Positions 1 to 8,027 of a stretch of 64,000 bases of DNA are shown here, one piece after another. The stretch spans positions 21,424 through 85,423 of the forward strand of contig CAYGBT010000010.1 of assembly GCA_964348275.1 (NCBI GenBank). The letters run 5' to 3'. The notes under the pieces are model-generated. The model was not told the origin of the DNA. It made no database searches and saw only the letters and a program-made list of their open reading frames with translations. A program made the translations under genes and the position numbers. The DNA is from an uncultured bacterium (lineage in GTDB: Bacteria; Methylomirabilota; Methylomirabilia; Methylomirabilales; CSP1-5). Numbering within the stretch: position 1 is the stretch's first letter; the number at the start of each line of letters is the position of its first letter.

Positions 1-1
1 T

Positions 2-238
2 CTTTTCGGCGCCTGGCAACAGATCTTTTGGAGGGAAGCGAGCGGCCGTCCCCTTCATGCAGCCCCTCGTGTCATGACGGGATCGGGCCTCGTTATGGCC
101 GGGCTCATTTTGGTCGGCACGATATTGCTCAATCCCCTGGTCGATTTTTTGACCGCCGTGGAGGCTCAGCTGAGGCAGCCGGGGGCCTATGTGACGGCCG
201 TGTTTCGGGAGGTGCCGCGTTTGACCAGCCTGCCCTGA
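2..238 (+). CDS. C-terminal fragment of a polytopic membrane protein, probably Mrp/Mnh antiporter subunit D (5' end outside window)
   Basis: My own frame-2 translation is open from the window edge to TGA 236-238 (...GLVMAGLILVGTILLNPLVDFLTAVEAQL...). It is hydrophobic and lies directly upstream of mrpE-F-G. Not in the ORF track. Confidence 0.4.
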   Translation, partial: LFGAWQQIFWREASGRPLHAAPRVMTGSGLVMAGLILVGTILLNPLVDFLTAVEAQLRQPGAYVTAVFREVPRLTSLP

Positions 239-289
239 GCGCGTCGAATGTGCCTGCCCTGAGCCCCTCGACTAAGCTCGGGGCCGGGC

Positions 290-802
290 TTGTCGAAGGG
301 AGGCGGCGTGGAAAAGTATAGACCCTGGACCCTCATCCCGGTGCTCGCCCTGATCTGGTGTTTCCTGAGCGGGGCCGTCAGCTTGGCGAATTTCCTCCTG
401 GGGCTCATTATGGGGACGGGAACCCTCTGGCTGTTTCGGCCTTTCTTTCCCTGGCGCGCGTCCCTCCCCCGTCTTTTCCGAAAGATCCCGGCCTTCCTTC
501 GCTACACACCACACTTCGTCTTTGAGGTGGTCAAGGCGAATCTCCAGGTGGCCTATCTGGCGCTTCACCCCAAGACGCCGATTCGCCCCGGGATCATTGC
601 CCTGGCGACCCGGCATCGGAGTCCCCTCGGGACCACGATGCTCGCCAACAGCATCACGCTCACCCCCGGGACCCTCACCATGGATGTCTCGGACGATGGG
701 CGAACCCTCTATATCCATACGCTGGACATTTCCGATCCCGAGGAGGTGCGGGAGGGGATTCGTCGGGGGCTTGAGGATTACACGCTAGGGGTGGCACAGT
801 GA
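290..802 (+). CDS. mrpE: Na+/H+ antiporter Mrp/Mnh subunit E
   Basis: 170 aa; MnhE-like core (...EVVKANLQVAYLALHP...TMLANSITLTPGTLT...); 4-nt overlap with the next gene. Confidence 0.85.
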   Translation: MSKGGGVEKYRPWTLIPVLALIWCFLSGAVSLANFLLGLIMGTGTLWLFRPFFPWRASLPRLFRKIPAFLRYTPHFVFEVVKANLQVAYLALHPKTPIRPGIIALATRHRSPLGTTMLANSITLTPGTLTMDVSDDGRTLYIHTLDISDPEEVREGIRRGLEDYTLGVAQ

Positions 803-1068
803 TGAGCGTCCTCGTGAACAGTGTGCTCTTCGTGGTGGCCTGCGCGACCCTGCTGAGTCTCTACCGCGTCGTGGTGGGACCTTCCATCGCCGATCGCGTC
901 GTTGCCTTTGATGCCTTCTCTACGAACCTGGCCGCCGTGGTGGTCCTCTTGGTGATTCGGGACGGCCTGGCGGACCTGATCGATGTGGTCCTGGTGCTGG
1001 CGATCCTGGGATTCGTTGGAACCATGGCGATAGCCAAGTTCCTGAAGAAGGGGGATATCGTTGGTTGA
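799..1068 (+). CDS. mrpF: Na+/H+ antiporter Mrp/Mnh subunit F
   Basis: 89 aa, three hydrophobic helices, ...LYRVVVGPSIADRVVAFD... typical of MnhF/PhaF; overlaps both neighbours. Confidence 0.85.
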   Translation: MMSVLVNSVLFVVACATLLSLYRVVVGPSIADRVVAFDAFSTNLAAVVVLLVIRDGLADLIDVVLVLAILGFVGTMAIAKFLKKGDIVG

Positions 1069-1438
1069 CATCCTTGCCGGGTTATTGATTCTGATCGGCA
1101 CCTTCTTTACGGTGGTCGGCTCCATCGGTCTCATTCGGTTTCCCGATGTGCTCTGCCGGATGCATGCCACCACGAAGACGACCACACTCGGGGCCGGAAC
1201 CATCCTGCTGGCCGCAACCCTCAAGTACGGGCACTCTCCCATTGGCCTCAAGTCCCTCCTGGCCGTGGCCTTTCTCTTCCTCACCGCTCCGGTCGGCGCG
1301 CATATGATTGCTCGGGCCGCCTACCGCGCGCGGACTCCCCTGGCGACCCAACGGATGGTGGCAGATGAACTGAAGGAGGTCGCAGACCGAAACGCCTACC
1401 TCTTCGAACTCGATGAAGGTCGCCCGGAGGGTGGGTAA
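1061..1438 (+). CDS. mrpG: Na+/H+ antiporter Mrp/Mnh subunit G
   Basis: 125 aa; ...GSIGLIRFPDVLCRMHATTKTTTLG... is the MnhG signature region. Confidence 0.85.
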   Translation: MVDILAGLLILIGTFFTVVGSIGLIRFPDVLCRMHATTKTTTLGAGTILLAATLKYGHSPIGLKSLLAVAFLFLTAPVGAHMIARAAYRARTPLATQRMVADELKEVADRNAYLFELDEGRPEGG

Positions 1439-1645
1439 GTCCGTGAAATTGGGAACGGCGTTTGGAAAATGGACGTTTCAAGAGCATGGCATTGTGGGTT
1501 TCCTCTTGACAGCGTAGGGCAGACTCGGTAGGCTACCTTCCCGCCTCCGTCCCCCGACCTGTGTCGTAAAAGAGAGAGTGAGCGATCGTCATAACATCGC
1601 GATCGAATAGGGAACCGCGTTTTACAAATGGCAAGGAGGTGCCGC

Positions 1646-3268
1646 ATGCGCATCACACGGTTTATCCGCCTCATCCGATCCTTAGCTGTTGTATCCGCAG
1701 GTGTGGTTGTTCTTGGCGCGGTGATAGCTCCGGGGGCGCTGGCAGCGGAACAACCGAAGACGGGTGGCACCCTGACCTTTGCCGTCGCCGCCGAGCCGCC
1801 GTCGTATGATCTGCACCGGGAGACGAGTTTCGCGGCGATGCATCCGCTGGCCCCCCACTACAGCCTTTTGATCAAGTTCAATCAGTGGAAGTACCCCGAG
1901 GTTGAAGGGGATGTTGCGGAAAGTTGGGATACCTCCAAGGATGGGCTAACGTATACCTTTAAGATCCGGAAGGGGATTAAGTTTCACGATGGGAGCGTTC
2001 TCACGGCGAAGGACGTCAAGGCAACGTACGACAAGATCATCTTTCCGCCCGAGGGGGTACGCAGCGTTCGGAAGGCGTCCTACGCCATGGTCAAATCCGT
2101 GGAGGCGCCCGACGATCACACCGTCGTCTTCCGCCTCAAGTGGCCGGCGGCCTCGCTCCTCGCCAACCTGGCGTCCCCGTGGAATCCGATCTACAAGGCG
2201 GACATCCTGGCCAAAGACCCCCACTGGTACGAAAAGAACGTCGTGGGGACCGGCCCCTTCAAATTCGTTGAACACGTGAAGGGGTCCCACTGGGTCGGCA
2301 AGAAGAACGAGGACTACTTCATGAAGGGGCGGCCCTATCTGGATGGCTACCGGGCGATCTTCATCCGGGATACCTCAGCCCGCGTGGCGACCGTGCGGGG
2401 TGGACGAGCACTGATCGAGTTCCGGGGTTTCTCACCCGCCGCCCGCGACGACCTCGTTCGTTCCCTCGGGCCCAAGATCAAGGTCCAGGAAAGCCCCTGG
2501 CTCTGCGTCCTGACGGTGGCGCTGAATACGCAGCAAAAGCCGTTTGATGACGTGCGGGTCCGCCGGGCGTTGAGCTTGGCCGTCGACCGCTGGGGCGGGT
2601 CCAAGCACCTCTCGCAGATCTCCATCATCAAATCGGTCGGTGGGGTCATCCGTCCGGGTTACGAGGCCTATCAGGCGACCGAGGCCGAGCTCAGCAAGCT
2701 GCCCGGCTTTAGCAAGGACATCGAGGCGTCGCGCAAGGAGGCCCGGCGGCTGCTCAAGGAGGCGGGCTACGGCGGGGGATTTGGGTTTACCTTTAAGAAT
2801 CGCGATGTGAAGGAGCCCTATGAGGTCGTGGGGGTCTGGCTCATTGATCAGTGGCGCCAGATCGGGGTGGCCGCGAGCCACGGCGTGCAGGAGACTGCCG
2901 CGTTTTCCAAGGACCGCCGCGCCGGAAACTTCCAAGGCACCATGGACTGGGCGTGCGATTTCATGGACGAGCCGGATCTGCAGCTCTTCAAATATGTCTC
3001 AACGAGTAAGAGCCCTATCAACTATGCCAAGTACGAAAATTCAAAGCTCGATCAGCTTTATGAACAGCAGAGCAAAGCCACGGACCCGGCAGCCCGGCGA
3101 AAGCTCGTTCGGGAATTTGAGCGGATCGTTCTCAACGAGGCGTACACCTTCCCCACCCTCTGGTGGCAGAAGATCAACCCCCACTGGGCCAAGGTGAAAG
3201 GGTGGAAGCAGCTCCCCAGCCACTACTTGAATCAGGACCTGCGAGACGTCTGGCTGGAGGAGGGTTAG
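1646..3268 (+). CDS. ABC transporter substrate-binding protein, family 5 (peptide/nickel type)
   Basis: The ORF track gives 1628-3268. I prefer ATG 1646, which is preceded by AAGGAGG at 1633-1639. Signal peptide ending ...GALAAEQ; length and motifs (...TLTFAVAAEPPSYD..., ...VGTGPFKFVEH...) fit the DppA/OppA family. Confidence 0.85.
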   Translation: MRITRFIRLIRSLAVVSAGVVVLGAVIAPGALAAEQPKTGGTLTFAVAAEPPSYDLHRETSFAAMHPLAPHYSLLIKFNQWKYPEVEGDVAESWDTSKDGLTYTFKIRKGIKFHDGSVLTAKDVKATYDKIIFPPEGVRSVRKASYAMVKSVEAPDDHTVVFRLKWPAASLLANLASPWNPIYKADILAKDPHWYEKNVVGTGPFKFVEHVKGSHWVGKKNEDYFMKGRPYLDGYRAIFIRDTSARVATVRGGRALIEFRGFSPAARDDLVRSLGPKIKVQESPWLCVLTVALNTQQKPFDDVRVRRALSLAVDRWGGSKHLSQISIIKSVGGVIRPGYEAYQATEAELSKLPGFSKDIEASRKEARRLLKEAGYGGGFGFTFKNRDVKEPYEVVGVWLIDQWRQIGVAASHGVQETAAFSKDRRAGNFQGTMDWACDFMDEPDLQLFKYVSTSKSPINYAKYENSKLDQLYEQQSKATDPAARRKLVREFERIVLNEAYTFPTLWWQKINPHWAKVKGWKQLPSHYLNQDLRDVWLEEG

Positions 3269-3358
3269 GCCGCGTAGGAGGTTTGTAGGAGTCGATGGGT
3301 TGTGTGGCGGCGGCCCGCCGGATCAAGAGTGACGGTGGGCCGCCCCTTTTGATAGGCG

Positions 3359-4312
3359 ATGCAGGGATACATCATCAAGCGGTTCCTTTTGATGATTCCG
3401 ACGCTCTTGGGGGTGGCGATCCTCGTCTTCGTCCTGATGCGGGTGGTCCCTGGAGATGTCGTGGAGCTCAGATATACCCTCGAGGGGACGGCCGTCTCCG
3501 AGGAGCTTTTGGCCAAGGAGCGGGCCCGCCTTGGTCTCGACAAGCCACTCGTGCAGCAGTTTGGGGAATGGATGTGGGGAATTGTCCGGCTCGACTTTGG
3601 GAAGTCGATGTGGACGGAGAACCCCGTCACGGAGGAGATCGCGCTGCGTCTCCACCTGAGCCTGCAGGTAGCCATCATGGCGACGATCTTTGCCACGCTC
3701 CTGTCCGTCCCCCTCGGGATCCTGGCGGCCCTGAGACAAGATACCTGGGTCGATTACGCCATCCGAGTTTTCAGCATTGCTGGATTGGCCATGCCCTCCT
3801 TCTGGTTGGGAATCCTGATCATCCTCGGCCTGCTGATCTTCTTTCGGTGGATCCCACCGATGTTCTTTACCCCGATATGGGTGGATCCGTGGGCGAATCT
3901 ATCACAGCTGATCTGGCCGGCCGTTGCGGTTGGGTACCGCTATTCCGCCGTCGCCACCCGGATGACCCGTTCCTCCACCCTCGAGGTCCTGCGCGAGGAT
4001 TACATCCGCACGGCCCGGGCTAAAGGGCTGTGGGAGAAGGTGGTCATTGTCCGTCACGCCATGAAGAATGCCATGCTCCCGGTCATCACGGTGCTCGGCC
4101 TCGAATTTGCGTTCTTGGTGGGGGGCCTCGTGGTGACCGAGCAGGTCTTCAACCTGAACGGGCTCGGAATGCTCTTTGTGGAGTCGGTGGCGCGGCGGGA
4201 TTACACTATGACTCAAGCCCTGGTGGTGCTGGTCGGGTTTACCTTTATTGTGGTGAACTTTTTTGTGGATCTCATGTACGCGTGGTTCGATCCCCGGATC
4301 CGGTATCGGTAG
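3359..4312 (+). CDS. ABC transporter permease (DppB/OppB-like)
   Basis: 317 aa, 6 TM; begins MQGYIIKRFLLMIPTLLGV; EAA-like loop ...EDYIRTARAKGL... Confidence 0.9.
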   Translation: MQGYIIKRFLLMIPTLLGVAILVFVLMRVVPGDVVELRYTLEGTAVSEELLAKERARLGLDKPLVQQFGEWMWGIVRLDFGKSMWTENPVTEEIALRLHLSLQVAIMATIFATLLSVPLGILAALRQDTWVDYAIRVFSIAGLAMPSFWLGILIILGLLIFFRWIPPMFFTPIWVDPWANLSQLIWPAVAVGYRYSAVATRMTRSSTLEVLREDYIRTARAKGLWEKVVIVRHAMKNAMLPVITVLGLEFAFLVGGLVVTEQVFNLNGLGMLFVESVARRDYTMTQALVVLVGFTFIVVNFFVDLMYAWFDPRIRYR

Positions 4313-4324
4313 CAGGGGTGAAAA

Positions 4325-5236
4325 ATGAGCACGACACCGTCCCAGTTGGATACCGCGCTCCCCCGGATCGAAGTATCTCGCGCGGGTCCACCAAAGTGGA
4401 TCGTGGCGGTCCTCCGGTTTGTTCGAAAGAAGCCGCTTGGGACTGCGGGTGCTGTCGTGATCGTCGTCATGGTCACTGGAGCGCTCTTTGCCGAGGTGCT
4501 GGCCCCCTTCGATCCCCTGGACACCGATTATGCCGCCATGCTACGCCCCCCCAGTGCTCAACACTGGCTGGGGACCGATACCTTCGGACGCGATATTCTG
4601 AGCCGGATTATCTACGGCTCCCGGACGGCCCTCCTGGTCGGGTTTGGGGCGTCGTTCCTGGGCGCGACTGTTGGGGCTGTCATCGGCGTCGCGAGCGCCT
4701 ATTTCGGGGGAAAGGTTGACCTGTTTGTCCAGCGGCTCATCGATGTCGTGATGTCCTTCCCGATCATCGTGCTCGCTTTGGCGGTGGTGGCTGTCCTCGG
4801 CTCCGGCATCGTGAATCTGGTCCTCGCCATTGCCATTCCCTTTATGCCCCGGATTGCGCGGGTCGTCCGTTCCAGCGCCCTGGCGATCCGCGAGACCCCG
4901 TATGTGGACGCGGCGCGGGCGATGGGCTTTAGCCACATGCGGATCATCTTTCGCCACATGCTGCCGAATGTTGTTGCCCCCTACCTCATCATGCTTACGG
5001 CCTTTCTGGGCCAGGCCATCCTCCTGGAGGCCTCGCTGAGCTTCCTCGGCCTCGGCGTGACCGAGCCGACGCCTGCGTGGGGTCTGATGCTGAAGGGGGC
5101 GGCCGTGGAGTTTGCGGAGCGAGCGCCGTGGATGGGGATCTTCCCCGGGCTCGCGATCAGCGCCGCCGTCTTCGGTTTCAATCTGTTTGGCGACTCCCTC
5201 CGGGACGTGCTCGACCCGAAACTCCGCACCTCCTGA
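4325..5236 (+). CDS. ABC transporter permease (DppC/OppC-like)
   Basis: 303 aa; ...HWLGTDTFGRDILSRIIYGSR... and ...PYVDAARAMGFS... are typical of DppC/OppC. Confidence 0.9.
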   Translation: MSTTPSQLDTALPRIEVSRAGPPKWIVAVLRFVRKKPLGTAGAVVIVVMVTGALFAEVLAPFDPLDTDYAAMLRPPSAQHWLGTDTFGRDILSRIIYGSRTALLVGFGASFLGATVGAVIGVASAYFGGKVDLFVQRLIDVVMSFPIIVLALAVVAVLGSGIVNLVLAIAIPFMPRIARVVRSSALAIRETPYVDAARAMGFSHMRIIFRHMLPNVVAPYLIMLTAFLGQAILLEASLSFLGLGVTEPTPAWGLMLKGAAVEFAERAPWMGIFPGLAISAAVFGFNLFGDSLRDVLDPKLRTS

Positions 5237-5252
5237 GGCACTTCCAGACTGC

Positions 5253-5332
5253 GGGGGAAAAAAGGGGGGAAAAAGGGGATAAGAGGGGGAAAAAGGGGAT
5301 AAGTTCAATTATCTGTAAGTTCAATTATCTGT
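5253..5332. repeat. Purine-rich G-run array (GGGGGAAAAAGGGGATAAG x2 plus partial units) followed by a perfect tandem 16-mer AAGTTCAATTATCTGT x2
   Basis: Read directly: the 19-nt unit is at 5265-5283 and 5285-5303; the 16-mer is at 5301-5316 and 5317-5332. An inverted copy of the 19-mer lies at 6058-6075. Confidence 0.8.
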
Positions 5333-5366
5333 TGACGTAACCAAGGCCTTCTAATACCGTCCTCAT

Positions 5367-6053
5367 ATGCCTCGTACGGCCCGTACCGCTCCTGGTGGCG
5401 TGATCTTCCATGTGCTCAACCGTGCCAATGCGCGGATTCGGATCTTTGACGACGCCTCCGATTATCAGGCGTTCGAATGGCTATTGGCCGAGACGGTGGT
5501 GCGGGTGCCGATGCATCTCCTGGCCTACTGCATCATGCCAAACCACTGGCATTTGGTAGTCAGGCCCGAGCGGGACGGACAGCTCGGGAGATTCATGCAG
5601 CGACTGACCACCACGCATGCGCGCCGATGGCATCGGACCCGGGGAAGCGTCGGGAGCGGACACCTCTATCAGGGTACGTACAAATCATTCCCCGTTCAGG
5701 ATGACGAGCACTTTCTCACGGTGTGCCGGTACGTGGAGCAGAACGCCCTGCGGGCGGGCTTGGTCGAGCGGGCGGAGGACTGGCGATGGTCGAGCCTCTG
5801 GGCGCGGCTCCAAGGAGAGGCCGTTCAACAGAAGCCGATGCTGTCGATATGGCCAGTGCCCCTCCCGGACGATTGGCTTGCATTGCTGAACGAGTCCCTA
5901 TCATCGAAGGGGCTCGAGACCTTGAGGCTGTCGGTTCGGCGAGGCCGGCCGTACGGCAACGAGGCTTGGCAACAACGGATGGCTAAACGTCTGGGCTTGG
6001 AGTCTGCCTTCCGCCCCCGGGGTCGTCCCGGTAAAGAAGGGCGCGGTCAATAA
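5367..6053 (+). CDS. IS200/IS605-family Y1 (HUH) transposase, REP-associated tyrosine transposase (RAYT)-like
   Basis: HUH motif ...MPNHWHLVVRP...; catalytic-Tyr region ...CRYVEQNALRAGLVERAEDWRWSS..., as in RAYT/TnpA-REP proteins; single-gene unit flanked by inverted repeat arrays. Confidence 0.8.
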   Translation: MPRTARTAPGGVIFHVLNRANARIRIFDDASDYQAFEWLLAETVVRVPMHLLAYCIMPNHWHLVVRPERDGQLGRFMQRLTTTHARRWHRTRGSVGSGHLYQGTYKSFPVQDDEHFLTVCRYVEQNALRAGLVERAEDWRWSSLWARLQGEAVQQKPMLSIWPVPLPDDWLALLNESLSSKGLETLRLSVRRGRPYGNEAWQQRMAKRLGLESAFRPRGRPGKEGRGQ

Positions 6054-6056
6054 TGT

Positions 6057-6110
6057 ACTTATCCCCTTTTCCCCCTTCCCCTTTTCCCCCTTTTCCCCTT
6101 CGTACCTAGG
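6057..6110. repeat. Pyrimidine-rich array, inverted counterpart of the 5253-5303 G-run array
   Basis: CTTATCCCCTTTTCCCCC (6058-6075) is the reverse complement of GGGGGAAAAGGGGATAAG. It is followed by degenerate TTCCCC/TTTTCCCCC units. Confidence 0.8.
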
Positions 6111-6144
6111 CCCTCGGATGCCAGTGCAGATGAGACTTCATCAG

Positions 6145-7332
6145 CTACTCGTTGCCCCGACGATTTGGGGCCCCCTTCTTGCTCTTTCCCGCTTCCACCA
6201 AACGGCTGCCCAGAAGGTTCAGCTTGAATCTCCTCACCGTGTCAGGCGTCACAACCTCTCCCCTCGGGCTCCGGAAGTAAAGCGCGTCGAACGGACACTG
6301 CACGATGCACGCACCACACTGCACGCATTGCTCCGCCTTCGGTAGAGTCGCCAACTGCTGACGGTGGTCCACCTCGAAGACGTCCGTGGGGCACACCTGT
6401 TCACAGAAGCCGGCTCCCTTGCATCGCTCCGTGTCTAGACCGATCCGAAACCGGCGGTCTTCGTGCAAGCCACTCTTGTAAACCGGAGTGCTCCCCATCA
6501 GGTCCAGACTCAAAACCAGGACTACGACCAGGGAGCTCAGGCCCCAACGGAAAATCAGCGCCCAGGAAAAATAGCCGGCCAGGACTTCATAGCCAACGAG
6601 ACCAAGCAGGAAGAACAACCATAGGAGCAGCGGAATGCGTCGCTGACCGAAGTCGAAAAAAACGACGCCGACGCTCTTCCCTGTGCTACGGAGGCGTCCT
6701 TCGTAGAGGGGAAAGCTCAGGAAGATGAGAAGGGACAACCCCCAGACCAGACCCACAAGCGGGAGCACTCCCTCCCTCCAAAGTGGAAAGACGACGAGCG
6801 CACCAACAAGGGAAATTGGAAACGCCCAGGCGACGGCCATCTCGAGCCGCTGCGGCCACGGGAAACTCACCGTGCGCATTTCTACGGTTTTCTCGAGACC
6901 GCCACTCACGAAGGCGGGAATCGCAGCCGCGTAGACCGGTCCCCAGATGACCCTCCACCCGGCCTTCTTATGGATGACCTTGCCGTCAATGCCCGTTGCG
7001 GCGAGTTGCGGCAGGATCACGTGCCGGTGGTCCACGAGGTCTTCGATACCACTCGTCTTCAGGATCGAGACGACGTCGTGATTAGTCAATAGCCCCCCCG
7101 TCGCTGCACACCACACGTTGTGTCCGCGGCTGTTGGCAACGAGTAAGTATGTATCGATCCCTTCGAGGGCGCGCTTGACGCGTTCCACCGTGAGTCGGAA
7201 GTTGCAGGTGAGTAGGACCGGCGAATTACGGCCAGGGTTTCCGATCTTGACGAGACCCGTCTTACATGGAAACGGGAGAACACGGAGCAGGGTTTGGAGG
7301 ACATTCACCCAAACGAAACTGAGATGCCTCAC
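6145..7332 (-). CDS. Fused HgcA-like corrinoid/transmembrane protein with a C-terminal HgcB-like 2x[4Fe-4S] ferredoxin domain
   Basis: N-terminal domain with ...SRGHNVWCAATGG... (compare the HgcA cap-helix motif N(V/I)WCA(A/G)GK); about 4 hydrophobic helices; C-terminal CKGAGFCEQVCP and CVQCGACIVQCP. The GTG start overlaps the TGA of the upstream methyltransferase gene. Confidence 0.6.
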   Translation of the reverse strand: MRHLSFVWVNVLQTLLRVLPFPCKTGLVKIGNPGRNSPVLLTCNFRLTVERVKRALEGIDTYLLVANSRGHNVWCAATGGLLTNHDVVSILKTSGIEDLVDHRHVILPQLAATGIDGKVIHKKAGWRVIWGPVYAAAIPAFVSGGLEKTVEMRTVSFPWPQRLEMAVAWAFPISLVGALVVFPLWREGVLPLVGLVWGLSLLIFLSFPLYEGRLRSTGKSVGVVFFDFGQRRIPLLLWLFFLLGLVGYEVLAGYFSWALIFRWGLSSLVVVLVLSLDLMGSTPVYKSGLHEDRRFRIGLDTERCKGAGFCEQVCPTDVFEVDHRQQLATLPKAEQCVQCGACIVQCPFDALYFRSPRGEVVTPDTVRRFKLNLLGSRLVEAGKSKKGAPNRRGNE

Positions 7333-8027
7333 AGTGCTACTCCAGCGGGCTCTTGCGCCACGATTTCGATAAAGCTGCGCAGTGTGCTCCAGTTGACCGA
7401 TAGGATCGTTAGACCTGCGTTGGTCAGTCTATCCGGCAACTCCGCGATGGGATGCGTCGTTTGTTGAGTGATGATGTACGTAAGGGCCGCCAGAGGCACC
7501 TTGACCAACGACTGAACCACCCGGGTGGCAACGCTTCGAGGCTTGACCTCATCTGCGACGAGCAGAAGGCCTCCGGGCCTCAGGATTCGCCCCACCTGCT
7601 TAAGGGCGTACGCGAGCTCATCCTCGCTTAACTCAGAGAAGCAGAGGCCGCTCATCACTGCGTCGTAGCTCTGCGGCTCCTCGCCGTCCAGCTCGGCGAC
7701 GCCCATTTCTACGAGGTCGACGCGTTCCGCAAGGCCCGCCTCCCTCGCCCGCTGGGCAGCGATCTCGAGCATCTGGGAGTTGACATCTATCCCTTTCACC
7801 TTCGCGCCACGTCGGGCGGCTCGGAGCGTCAACGCGCCGGTGCCGCAGCCGAGATCCAGCACTCGCTGCCCGTGCTCAACGTGGCCCGCAAGGCGATCGT
7901 ACGCTCTCTCAAGGCGCCCGAGCGTGAGGAGGCGGATGCCGAGATCGTATCGGCCTGGGCTGGATTCTAGGATTCGCATCAGGACGTACGTGCTCATCTC
8001 GGGATCCGTTCTGCTGGTACCAACCAA
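7329..8027 (-). CDS. Class I SAM-dependent methyltransferase
   Basis: Motif I ...RVLDLGCGTGALT...; post-I ...KGIDVNSQML...; ...ILRPGGLLLVAD...; 232 aa. The true start may be the internal MSTYVLM. Confidence 0.85.
   Translation of the reverse strand: MVGTSRTDPEMSTYVLMRILESSPGRYDLGIRLLTLGRLERAYDRLAGHVEHGQRVLDLGCGTGALTLRAARRGAKVKGIDVNSQMLEIAAQRAREAGLAERVDLVEMGVAELDGEEPQSYDAVMSGLCFSELSEDELAYALKQVGRILRPGGLLLVADEVKPRSVATRVVQSLVKVPLAALTYIITQQTTHPIAELPDRLTNAGLTILSVNWSTLRSFIEIVAQEPAGVAL

Larger units (their letters stand above)
5253..6110 (+). mobile_element. RAYT gene with flanking inverted G-run arrays (putative RAYT/REP-type unit)
   Basis: A Y1 transposase bracketed by inverted copies of the same 18-19-nt unit, inserted between an ABC permease gene and an unrelated convergent operon. 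Confidence 0.55.
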
